A stretch of 64,000 nt of DNA, from contig JAYRRP010000003.1 in the NCBI GenBank assembly GCA_041910055.1, positions 301,973 through 365,972 on the forward strand, given 5' to 3'. Both the position numbers and the translations under genes were made by a program. This DNA comes from Candidatus Saccharimonadales bacterium. GTDB lineage: Bacteria; Patescibacteriota; Saccharimonadia; Saccharimonadales; JAYRRP01. This document shows positions 44,247 to 52,530 of this stretch, in pieces (the stretch's first letter is position 1; the number at the start of each line of letters is the position of its first letter). The notes under the pieces were generated by a model, which worked only from the letters and a program-made list of their open reading frames with translations, was not told the DNA's origin and made no database searches.

Positions 44247-44307
44247 CGACTTTCATATGGGTAGTGTCCTTTGGCCTCCAAAGTGGGGAGTGATATGATG
44301 GGAAGCA

Positions 44308-46170
44308 ATGGGAATAGAGGATACTTCATTACAAGACAATCTCCATGCGATGCGTCATAGTGCGGCGCATGTTTTGGCGTCGGCTGTGCAAACACTGTGG
44401 CCAGAGGCAAAATTTGGGGTGGGGCCGGTAGTGGAGAATGGATTTTATTATGATATAGACTTGGGTGATCAAAGTGTATCTGAGGAGGATTTTGGCCGGC
44501 TAGAGGCTGAAATGAAACGAATTATCTCTGAGGATCAGCCATTTATCCGTAGTGAGAAGCCTATTGATGAAGCAATTGCCTGGGCGAATTCAAGTGAGCA
44601 ACAGTACAAACTAGAACTTCTGCACGACCTTAAGCGGGCTGGCACGACGCTTGAGAAGGATCTCGACCCCGAGGAACTTGGCACCATTACCGGGGAAGAT
44701 AGCGCTGTCGATACCGTCTCTTTTTATCAAAATGGTGATTTTACTGACCTGTGTCGCGGGCCGCATGTAGAATCAACCGGTAAAATTGGAGCCTTCAAGC
44801 TTATTCGTATCTCTGGTGCTTATTGGCGCGGCAACGAAAAGAAACCGCAGCTGCAGCGGGTATATGGCGTGGCTTTTGAGACCAAAGAAGAGCTTCAGGA
44901 ATACTTGAAGCAGGTGGATGAGGCAAAGGCCAGGGATCACCGCAAACTTGGTCAGGATCTGGACTTGTTTACATTTTCTGATCTTGTCGGTGCCGGTTTG
45001 CCGCTTTACACCCCCAGAGGAACAGTCCTAATTGAGCAGATAAAAGCAGCGCTGAGTGACATTAGCCGCCGCTATGACATGCAGCCGGTTTCTATTCCGC
45101 ACCTTGCGAAACTCGACCTCTATAAGCTCTCTGGGCATGCCGAAAAGTTTGAGGCTGAACTTTTCAGGGTAACCAGCCATTATGGACAGGAATTTGTACT
45201 TAAGCCAGTCAACTGCCCGCACCATACGCAGATCTATGCCTCCCGACAGCGGAGCTACCGGGATTTACCACTTCGTTATATAGAGCAGACGATGCAGTAT
45301 CGTGATGAGAAGCCTGGACAGATTGGTGGATTGCAGCGAACACGCGGCTTTACCGTTGATGATGGCCATACTTTTTGCCGCGTCGACCAGATTGAAAAAG
45401 AAGCGACAACGATTGTGCAAATTATCCAAGAGTTCTATGAAAAGCTAGGCCTATGGGGTCAACACTGGGTATCACTCTCAGTCCGTGATCCAAGCGCACC
45501 AGAAAAGTACATTGGTGAGCCGGATGACTGGGATGAAGCCGAGTCCATGCTCAAGGATGTATCTGACAAATTGGGACTTCAGGCAAAGCGTATGGAGGGT
45601 GAAGCGGCATTGTATGGTCCAAAGCTGGACTTTATGTTTAAGGATGCACTAGGCCGGGAAACACAGTTAGCGACCATACAGATAGATTTTGCGATGCCCA
45701 AACGATTTGGCCTAAGCTACACTGCTCAAGACGGAAGTGAGCAGGTACCAGTGATAATTCACCGGGCTATCCTCGGCTCATTTGAGAGGTTTATTATGCT
45801 TTTAATAGAGCATTTTGCTGGCCGTTTCCCGGTTTGGCTGGCGCCGGAGCAGGTTCGGGTAGCCACCTTGAACCAAGAAGATAAGATTGTGAACTATGCG
45901 AATGAAGTGTTAGCTAACGCGAAAGCTTTGGGGCTAAGGGTTACGCTCGACAATGCCAGTGAATCTGTAGGGAAGAAAATCCGTAATGCCGAGCTTATGA
46001 AAGTACCTTACACGCTAGTCATAGGTGGCAAAGAAGTGGAAACTGGCCAGGTGACACCGCGAGTGCGCACTGACTTAGGTGGGGCGACCTCCCAAACGCT
46101 TTCGCTTGAATCATTTCTTCAGAAGATCGCCGCCGAAGCGCAGCAACGCCTGACTAAATCATCTCTCTAG
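44308..46170 (+). CDS. thrS: Threonyl-tRNA synthetase (lacks N-terminal TGS domain)
   Basis: MRHSAAHVLASAV (editing-domain HxxxH), ARDHRKLGQDLDLF, class II motifs (FRVTSHYGQEF..., RGFTVDDGHTF), and a C-terminal anticodon-binding domain. Confidence 0.93.
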   Translation: MGIEDTSLQDNLHAMRHSAAHVLASAVQTLWPEAKFGVGPVVENGFYYDIDLGDQSVSEEDFGRLEAEMKRIISEDQPFIRSEKPIDEAIAWANSSEQQYKLELLHDLKRAGTTLEKDLDPEELGTITGEDSAVDTVSFYQNGDFTDLCRGPHVESTGKIGAFKLIRISGAYWRGNEKKPQLQRVYGVAFETKEELQEYLKQVDEAKARDHRKLGQDLDLFTFSDLVGAGLPLYTPRGTVLIEQIKAALSDISRRYDMQPVSIPHLAKLDLYKLSGHAEKFEAELFRVTSHYGQEFVLKPVNCPHHTQIYASRQRSYRDLPLRYIEQTMQYRDEKPGQIGGLQRTRGFTVDDGHTFCRVDQIEKEATTIVQIIQEFYEKLGLWGQHWVSLSVRDPSAPEKYIGEPDDWDEAESMLKDVSDKLGLQAKRMEGEAALYGPKLDFMFKDALGRETQLATIQIDFAMPKRFGLSYTAQDGSEQVPVIIHRAILGSFERFIMLLIEHFAGRFPVWLAPEQVRVATLNQEDKIVNYANEVLANAKALGLRVTLDNASESVGKKIRNAELMKVPYTLVIGGKEVETGQVTPRVRTDLGGATSQTLSLESFLQKIAAEAQQRLTKSSL

Positions 46171-46173
46171 CAC

Positions 46174-46488
46174 ATGAAGCAATCACAAGACAATTTTCGA
46201 GCGTTGGTATATGAAGTGGTTGCTCAGATTCCACGAGGCCGAGTAATGACGTATGGCCAAATTGCTACTTTGTGCGGAAGGCCGCGGGCGGCACGGATTG
46301 TGGGTGGTATTGCTCACTGGGGTGATCCTCAGCTACCTTGGCAGAGAGTTGTCAAAAAGACCGGCCATTTGGCTGAGGGTTACCCAGGCGGAGTGACTGG
46401 GCATGCTGAGGCGCTTCGATCAGAAGGTATAGACGTCCTGGCAGACTACACAGTTGATGTTCAAGGATTACTGTGGGAACCAAATTAA
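46174..46488 (+). CDS. Alkyltransferase-like (ATL) protein, MGMT DNA-binding domain without the active-site Cys
   Basis: IPRGRVMTYGQIATLCG..., with PWQRV in place of the PCHRV active site (Cys replaced by Trp, as in ATL proteins). Confidence 0.75.
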   Translation: MKQSQDNFRALVYEVVAQIPRGRVMTYGQIATLCGRPRAARIVGGIAHWGDPQLPWQRVVKKTGHLAEGYPGGVTGHAEALRSEGIDVLADYTVDVQGLLWEPN

Positions 46489-47249
46489 CCCCTCTAGTTA
46501 CTGTGGTGGGGCCAACTGCTTCGGGCAAGACAGCGCTCGCTATTGAACTTGCCGAGAAGTTTCAGGGTGAAATAATATGTGCGGACTCGCGGACTGTCTA
46601 CAAAGGCATGGATATTGGCACCGCCAAACCTTCTCATGAGGAACGAAAGCGTATACCTCATCATCTGCTTGATGTAGTGCAACCAGACCAAGAGTTCAAT
46701 GTAGCTGATTTTAAACGGCTGGCTGAAGCTTCAATAAGTGATATACAGGCAAGCGGGAAATTACCGATTATGGTAGGAGGTAGTGGCCTCTACATTGACT
46801 CGGTGTTGTTTGATTATAAGTTTGCTGCCAAAGATGCGCCTCGTGACACACAAAACCCCAGGCACTTAAGCAAGGAAGTACATCAGCAAAAGAGCAGCCT
46901 TAGGCCGCAAACCCTTATTATCGGGCTTGATGTTAATAGGAACGAGCTTAAAACCAGGATTGAAAAGCGGGTTGACGTCATGGTTCAAGCAGGCCTAGTT
47001 GAGGAAGTGGAGCAGTTGCTTGCGACTTATCCTCATAGCAAAGCACTCCTGGCGCCTGGCTATAAAGCATTTGCGGAATTCGTACAGGGCCGTTTGAGCT
47101 TGGATGAGGCAAAAGCTTTGTTCATTCAGAATGATAGGCAACTCGCTAAAAGACAACGCACCTGGTTTAAGCGGAACAAAAGTATTCACTGGCTGAGTGA
47201 CCCCAAGGAATCTGTAGCTATAGTCACAACATTTTTGAACAATTTATAG
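46473..47249 (+). CDS. miaA: tRNA dimethylallyltransferase
   Basis: VVGPTASGKTALAIELA..., ICADSRTVYKGMDIGTAKP..., IPHHLLD. GTG start overlapping the previous gene. Confidence 0.9.
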   Translation: MGTKLTPLVTVVGPTASGKTALAIELAEKFQGEIICADSRTVYKGMDIGTAKPSHEERKRIPHHLLDVVQPDQEFNVADFKRLAEASISDIQASGKLPIMVGGSGLYIDSVLFDYKFAAKDAPRDTQNPRHLSKEVHQQKSSLRPQTLIIGLDVNRNELKTRIEKRVDVMVQAGLVEEVEQLLATYPHSKALLAPGYKAFAEFVQGRLSLDEAKALFIQNDRQLAKRQRTWFKRNKSIHWLSDPKESVAIVTTFLNNL

Positions 47250-47284
47250 AGATAACCACTCCCATTGTCTGTTACAATACAAAT

Positions 47285-47896
47285 ATGATTGAGCAATTGT
47301 TTGGGTCAAAAACTCGGGTGAAACTACTACAGCTTTTTTATACGAATCCCAACCGTTCATTTTATGTACGGGAAATTACTCGCAAAATCGGGGAACAGAT
47401 TAACTCCGTGCGACGCGAACTTGCCAACCTCTTGAGCATAGGGATTATCTCTTCTGATACCAATAACAACCGGCTTTATTACGAAGTAAACCAACAGTAT
47501 GAATTTTACGGATCTTTGTCTGAGATTTTTGGCAGCGGCAAACCGGCCACGAAATCCAAGAAAACCACACTCCCCACTCAACCCGGTGAGGAGATCAGTA
47601 GTATTGGTAATATCGACCTGGCACTTTATACCGGTCAATTTACCAGAGATGAGAGCAGCGGTATTGACCTGCTGGTCGCTGGCGACATTAACTCAACCAA
47701 ATTAGCTAAGTTCGTGCGCGAACTTGAATCTAAAGAAGGCAAAGAGATCCGTTATACAGTCATGACGAGAGGTGAATTTGAATATCGCCAGCAAGTAAAG
47801 GATAAGTTCCTCACTAAGGTACTGGCTTCTAAGAAGCAGGTATTAGTTGATAAGCGCCGTTTATTAGAAACGTCAGCGAAAAGTAAAGGAAAATAA
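47285..47896 (+). CDS. Winged-helix (ArsR-like) transcriptional regulator with C-terminal domain
   Basis: LFGSKTRVKLLQLFYTNPNRSFYVREITRKIGEQINSVRRELANLLSIGII. Confidence 0.6.
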   Translation: MIEQLFGSKTRVKLLQLFYTNPNRSFYVREITRKIGEQINSVRRELANLLSIGIISSDTNNNRLYYEVNQQYEFYGSLSEIFGSGKPATKSKKTTLPTQPGEEISSIGNIDLALYTGQFTRDESSGIDLLVAGDINSTKLAKFVRELESKEGKEIRYTVMTRGEFEYRQQVKDKFLTKVLASKKQVLVDKRRLLETSAKSKGK

Positions 47897-47899
47897 CCT

Positions 47900-48529
47900 A
47901 TGGAAGTGCAGTATTACGGGGGAAACTGTGTTCGGATTACAACCAAAAAAGCATCAGTAATAGTAGATGATAACCTTGAGGAATTAGGGCGGTCAGCACA
48001 AGTTAAAAAGGATGAAATTGCAATTTACACCGGGCCTCATGCATTGCCCAAAGCCCCAGTTAAATTGATTATTGATCAGCCCGGTGAGTATGAGATATCT
48101 GATGTGTCGGTCCAAGGTATCGCTGCGCGGGCTCATATTGATGAGCCTGGCCAGAAATCCGCTACCATGTATCGCTTGATTGCTGATGATATCCGTATAG
48201 GCCTTATAGGGCATATTTACCCTGAGTTGAGTGAAGCTCAACTTGAATCGCTAGGAACAATTGATTTGCTGTTTGTGCCAGTAGGCGGGAGCGGATTTAC
48301 GCTTGATGCGGTCGGGGCGCTTCAGGTAATTAAAAAGGTTGAGCCAAAAATTATCATCCCAACTTACTATGCGGATAGTCAGCTCCGTTATCCTGTTCCA
48401 CCGGTGGCACTGCCAGCGGCCCTAAAGGAAATGTCTATGGAGCCAAAAGAAACAGTCGGAAAATTAAAGATGAAAGCAGTTGACTTAATAGGTGATACCA
48501 CGCAGATGGTGGTAATAGAGCGTCAGTAG
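47900..48529 (+). CDS. Metallo-beta-lactamase-fold (UPF0173-like) hydrolase
   Basis: 209 aa, MEVQYYGGNCVRITTKKASVIVDD..., PVGGSGFTLD. Family-level resemblance only. Confidence 0.5.
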   Translation: MEVQYYGGNCVRITTKKASVIVDDNLEELGRSAQVKKDEIAIYTGPHALPKAPVKLIIDQPGEYEISDVSVQGIAARAHIDEPGQKSATMYRLIADDIRIGLIGHIYPELSEAQLESLGTIDLLFVPVGGSGFTLDAVGALQVIKKVEPKIIIPTYYADSQLRYPVPPVALPAALKEMSMEPKETVGKLKMKAVDLIGDTTQMVVIERQ

Positions 48530-48554
48530 GGTTATTGATTGAAGTAGCTGGGTG

Positions 48555-48773
48555 CTACTTGCTTTTCTGTGCGGGCGTAGTAGAGCTCAGGAGGTTCTTT
48601 TTCTTGAGGGTGCGCAAAGCTTGGGTGCTGACTTTCATCCGCACTTTTTGGCCATCAATAGTGAGGGTCTTCATCTGTAAATTTGGCTTCCAAACTTTTT
48701 TGGTATGGCGCTGCGAAAAACTGACATTATGGCCATACTGCTTTCCTTTGCCGGTGAGTTCACATCGTTGCAT
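48555..48773 (-). CDS. rpmB: 50S ribosomal protein L28
   Basis: MQRCELTGKGKQYGHNVSFSQRHTKKVWKPNLQ.... Confidence 0.92.
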   Translation of the reverse strand: MQRCELTGKGKQYGHNVSFSQRHTKKVWKPNLQMKTLTIDGQKVRMKVSTQALRTLKKKNLLSSTTPAQKSK

Positions 48774-48886
48774 TAGAGGTTTTCCTTTAGATTCAAGGTG
48801 TAATTTTACCCGATAATCTATTAGAGGTCAATCACCTTAGAGAGAATTTATCTCGAGGATATAGGGACTGCTATACTACTTGAGGT

Positions 48887-49516
48887 ATGCTACTTGATTT
48901 ACGGCCCGGTGACTTACTGATAGTTTTTATCACGATACTCCTATCTATGGCTATCCATGAGGCAATGCACGCTTTTGTTGCCCATTCTCTAGGGGATACT
49001 ACTGCCCGCGAAGAAGGCAGACTTACTTTAAACCCCCTGAAACATGTCGATCTCTATACCACGGTACTGTTGCCAATTGTGCTGATATTGTTGAGATTGC
49101 CACCGTTTTTTGTTGCAAAACCAGTGCCTTTCAATCCTACGCGTGTGCGCTATGGAGAATTTGGTGCAGCTTTGATTGGTATCGCTGGACCGCTGACCAA
49201 CTTAGCTTTAGCTGCTTTTGCAGCTGCTATTGTGAGGGTAGGTGGGATTGCGGTTGGGACCAGCACGTACAACATCTTTAGCATTTTCATTCTTATTAAC
49301 CTGGCATTTTTTGCTTTTAATATGATCCCGTTTCCGCCGCTGGATGGTTCACGCTTGCTTTATGCGTTTGCACCGGAACCATTGCAACGGATAATGCTTC
49401 AAATTGAATCAGCCGGCTTCCTGACCATAATCATATTCATGCTGATACTATTTCCCTTTGGCGCTCCCTTACTCAGTAACACGATTGAAATTTTATATAG
49501 ATTTTTGCTGGGATAA
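48887..49516 (+). CDS. Site-2 protease family (peptidase M50) membrane metalloprotease
   Basis: HEAMHAF (HExxH) in TM1, NLAFFAFNMIPFPPLDGSRL (the NxxPxxxLDG motif), multi-TM. Confidence 0.8.
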   Translation: MLLDLRPGDLLIVFITILLSMAIHEAMHAFVAHSLGDTTAREEGRLTLNPLKHVDLYTTVLLPIVLILLRLPPFFVAKPVPFNPTRVRYGEFGAALIGIAGPLTNLALAAFAAAIVRVGGIAVGTSTYNIFSIFILINLAFFAFNMIPFPPLDGSRLLYAFAPEPLQRIMLQIESAGFLTIIIFMLILFPFGAPLLSNTIEILYRFLLG

Positions 49517-49757
49517 CGGTAGATTTAGGGCGTATAATAATTAGTGGCTGGAACACACCAACGCCATGATTATCTGAATGATTAACAAAAGGGAGTCCAA
49601 TATTTTTAGCAGCTGAGGCTGCTATGTGAGGACACCCATCTGCCTTTGGCAGATTAATCATGTTGGTAATCCAGCTGCTAAGGCACTCTTTACGGAGTGC
49701 CTTTTTAAAGGCCGTTCTAAAAATCTCATCTTAATCTTTGGTATAGTAAAGAAGTTC

Positions 49758-49981
49758 CGGGGTGTGGCGCAGTTGGCTAGCGCGCATTACCCCATAAGAA
49801 CTTTAAAAACGACAGGGTGTAGCTTAGTTGGTAAAGCGCTGGGCTGGGGGTCCAGAGAGCGGAGGTTCAAGTCCTCTCACCCTGACCAAAGTTCTTATGG
49901 GGACCCCGTTTACGGCTGGGGGCCGTGAGGTCGCAGGTTAGCTCCGCGCGAAGCCGGAGCGCTGTCCTGTCACCCCGACCA
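49758..49981 (+). ncRNA. Interrupted tRNA-Pro(GGG)-like gene hosting a complete tRNA-Pro
   Basis: 5' CGGGGTG-TG-GCGC-AGTTGGCTA-GCGC-G (acceptor + D arm), then a 126-nt insert. After it come the anticodon arm TACGG-CTGGGGG-CCGTG, variable AGGTC, and T stem GCAGG/CCTGT enclosing TTAG + a 21-nt insert + TGT. The 3' end is CACCCCG-A-CCA, complementary to the 5' acceptor. A TGgTATAGT promoter sits at 49738-49746. Confidence 0.6.
49813..49888 (+). tRNA. tRNA-Pro (anticodon GGG), CCA encoded, nested in 49758..49981
   Basis: CAGGGTG acceptor, D arm GCTT-AGTTGGTA-AAGC, anticodon arm CTGGG-CTGGGGG-TCCAG, T arm GGAGG-TTCAAGT-CCTCT. 76 nt. Bracketed by the 15-bp inverted repeat ccccataagaacttt (49790-49804) / aaagttcttatgggg (49888-49902). 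Confidence 0.88.
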
Positions 49982-50067
49982 ATTTATATTTGACGAACAC
50001 TCAAGTGCTGATCCATTCCATGATGCCTCTGCTTTGAATTGCTGAGAATTCTTTATACACTAAACAA

Positions 50068-51213
50068 ATGGAACAGCCGCTGGTTCGAGAACATATCCAG
50101 GACGTGAATATTGAGCTTGGCGATGATGTCTCACGTATGCTCTATGAGGCTTCAAAGTTAACGCACGCCAATAGGCCAGGGCTTTTAGTAGAGTTTCATG
50201 AGTCATTCTCTGGGTTTCGGGCTATACCAGGTACGATGCTCAAAGATATTGGCAATTTGTATATGAACTTGGCTTTTGACGGAGTAGGTACAAAAGTTGA
50301 AGTGGCCGAACGTCTTGATGATCATTCAACGGTAGCTCATGATTTATTCGCGATGGTCTGTGATGATGCGGTTGTCCGGGGCGCAGAACCAGTTGCCATT
50401 GGGTCAATCCTTGACGTCAGGCAGTTGAATGACACGTCGCATACCCGCGAGGCTATCCAGCAACTCGCGCATGGCTATGTAGAGGCCGCAAAAGCTGCCG
50501 GTGTGGTTGTGGTCAATGGCGAAGTTGCAGAACTGGGCGATCGCGTCGGCGGGTATGGTGATTTTAACTATAACTGGGGTGCGACTGTGTTGTGGCTGGC
50601 TCACAAAGAACGAATTCTGACTGGCCATCAGATACAACCAGGAGATGTGCTCGTGGGTCTGGCAGAGCATGGTTTCCGGTCTAATGGTGTCACGGACGTT
50701 AGGAAGGCTATGGTCGAGCACTATGGTCCTCAGTGGCAGAACGAGGTAGTAGATAATCTTGGAAAGCTCTCCTTGGGACGTTTAGTGCAAAAACCATCTA
50801 TCATTTATTCACGTTTCGTGTCAGATCTGACAGGCGGTTACGATATTGAAAAAGAAGTAAAAGCAAAAGTCACTGGTGTTGCTCATATAACGGGCGGCGG
50901 ACAGCCTAGTAAGTTAAGGCGCATGCTCGAACCGTCAGGTCTCGGGGTAACCATAGATGATCCGATAGCACCTCCTCAGATTATGTTAGAAGTACAAAGA
51001 CTGAGAGGGTTCACTGATGAAAAAGCTTATGGAAAGTGGCACATGGGGCCTGGTATGGTTATCGCTACCCCTGAGCCAGAGAATGTATTGAACGAAGCAG
51101 AAACCCATGGGATCACTGCAAAAGAGATAGGCGCAGTAACTGATGCGCCAGAAATAAAAATCCGCAATCAAGGTGCTCAGCAACAGGAGGAATGGCTAAC
51201 CTTCCCTCAGTGA
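50068..51213 (+). CDS. purM: AIR synthase (PurM)-family protein
   Basis: FDGVGTKVEVAERL..., HDLFAMVCDDAVVRGAEPVAI, NGEVAEL, and HITGGG are collinear with PurM. No other pur genes lie nearby. Confidence 0.7.
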   Translation: MEQPLVREHIQDVNIELGDDVSRMLYEASKLTHANRPGLLVEFHESFSGFRAIPGTMLKDIGNLYMNLAFDGVGTKVEVAERLDDHSTVAHDLFAMVCDDAVVRGAEPVAIGSILDVRQLNDTSHTREAIQQLAHGYVEAAKAAGVVVVNGEVAELGDRVGGYGDFNYNWGATVLWLAHKERILTGHQIQPGDVLVGLAEHGFRSNGVTDVRKAMVEHYGPQWQNEVVDNLGKLSLGRLVQKPSIIYSRFVSDLTGGYDIEKEVKAKVTGVAHITGGGQPSKLRRMLEPSGLGVTIDDPIAPPQIMLEVQRLRGFTDEKAYGKWHMGPGMVIATPEPENVLNEAETHGITAKEIGAVTDAPEIKIRNQGAQQQEEWLTFPQ

Positions 51214-51289
51214 AATTCCTAGGTACCATGGTTTTAGCTCATCTGCTCGATATAAAAGTTAAGAACCTGTTTGTGTTACGCTTCTATAT

Positions 51290-52099
51290 ATGAAAACACT
51301 CAAAATTGACCATGAATCCGCCCAACTAATTGTAGGTGGCCAAAAAACTACTACCTGGCGAGTGAATGACGATAAAGACCTGCATGTGAATGACGTAGTG
51401 CTGATAATAGACAAAGTAAAACCAGTAGAGCCGGATAGCTGGCAGGTAATCGGTGAGGCGCTTCTGAACGAAGTGCTAGAAAAAAGGATTGGTGATATCA
51501 CGCCTGACGACTTAACTGGACATAAAGAGTACTCAACCAAGGAAAGCATACTCCAGGCCAGCCGGAATTTTTATGGTCCAAGTGTTGATGAGCATACGCC
51601 CATCAAATTCCTTTCGTTTGCATTCACACCCCAGCAACAGAGGTCACTGGCGAAAGCAGATGTAAAAAAGTCAACAATAATGGTTGAAGCAAAGTTGTAT
51701 GCAGATGGGGGCTCGCGCGGTAATCCGGGTCCCTCGGCAAGTGGCTATGTCCTAATGGACATGAATGATACCGTTATCGTTGAGAATGGCCTATTCTTAG
51801 GTGTTACCACCAATAATCAAGCTGAGTACAACGCGCTCAAAATCGGCGTGGAAGAGGCACTGAAAAGAGGTGTACAGGTATTGCATGTCTATATGGATAG
51901 CCTGTTGGTCGTCAACCAGATGAAATCCGTTTACAAAGTGAAAAATCGTGATCTTCTGCCAGTGCATGATAGTATCCGAAAACTTCTTCCACATTTGAGG
52001 AAGGTGACATTTACCCATGTGCCGCGCGAACTCAACAAATTAGCTGATGGGGTAGTCAATAATATCCTTGATACCGCTGCCTTAGAAGAAGAGGTATAA
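51290..52099 (+). CDS. rnhA: ASCH-like domain fused to ribonuclease HI
   Basis: The C-terminal half has LYADGGSRGNPGPSASGYVL...NNQAEYNALKIGVEEAL...MDSLLVVNQM...NKLAD (the RNase H DEDD residues). The N-terminal ~110 aa form a beta-barrel-like (ASCH/PUA-like) region. Confidence 0.75.
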   Translation: MKTLKIDHESAQLIVGGQKTTTWRVNDDKDLHVNDVVLIIDKVKPVEPDSWQVIGEALLNEVLEKRIGDITPDDLTGHKEYSTKESILQASRNFYGPSVDEHTPIKFLSFAFTPQQQRSLAKADVKKSTIMVEAKLYADGGSRGNPGPSASGYVLMDMNDTVIVENGLFLGVTTNNQAEYNALKIGVEEALKRGVQVLHVYMDSLLVVNQMKSVYKVKNRDLLPVHDSIRKLLPHLRKVTFTHVPRELNKLADGVVNNILDTAALEEEV

Positions 52100-52106
52100 T
52101 AGTAGG

Positions 52107-52483
52107 GCCAGATTGTTGGCTGGCCGCCCTATGTTTCGGCGTAGGGAGGAAAGTCCGGGCAGCATAGGGAGAGGCAGTTGCTAACGGCAACCGGAGGAAA
52201 CTCCAGGGAAAGTGCCACAGAAACTAAACCGCCCTTCATTTGAGGGGCAAGGGTGAAAAGAGCGGGGTAAGAGCCCGCAGTTATGTGCGGTGACGTACGT
52301 AAGAGGTAAACCCTGTCTGCTGCAAGGAGATCGGCCCGTTAGTGACCTTAAGGTTGCGGTTTCCCGCCAGGGCTGGTCATATATCCGCTCGATCCAGATG
52401 GTGACATTTGGACAAGATAGATGGTCAGCGCGTTTTCGTACTTGTACGAGAGCAAACAGAACCCGGCTTATAGATTTTCTGGC
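52107..52483 (+). ncRNA. rnpB: RNase P RNA (bacterial type A)
   Basis: GGAGGAAAGTCCGGGC (P4 5' strand), GGTAAGAGCCC, ACAGAACCCGGCTTA (P4 3' strand), and P1 pairing gccaga/tctggc. TATAAT at 52095-52100. Confidence 0.92.
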
Positions 52484-52484
52484 A

Positions 52485-52516
52485 TAAAAAACCACCGAAG
52501 TCTTCGGTGGTTTTTG
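52485..52516. terminator. Bidirectional rho-independent terminator (rnpB / rplT)
   Basis: aaaaa-accaccgaag-t-cttcggtggt-ttttt. Confidence 0.85.
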
Positions 52517-52530
52517 TCTTTCGCTATCGT

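Noticed and set aside
48535-48816. 93-aa plus-strand ORF antisense to rpmB.
   Set aside because: The minus-strand frame encodes an unmistakable L28. The plus ORF is a shadow frame.
49473-49661. 62-aa minus-strand ORF (open frame extends to ~49730) between the M50 protease gene and the tRNA-Pro locus. GCPHIAASAAKNIGLPFVNHSD looked vaguely like a deaminase C-terminal motif.
   Set aside because: The PCxxC zinc motif is not actually present. The ORF overlaps the 3' end of the protease gene and a plus-strand terminator hairpin (49681-49712). I cannot support a call.
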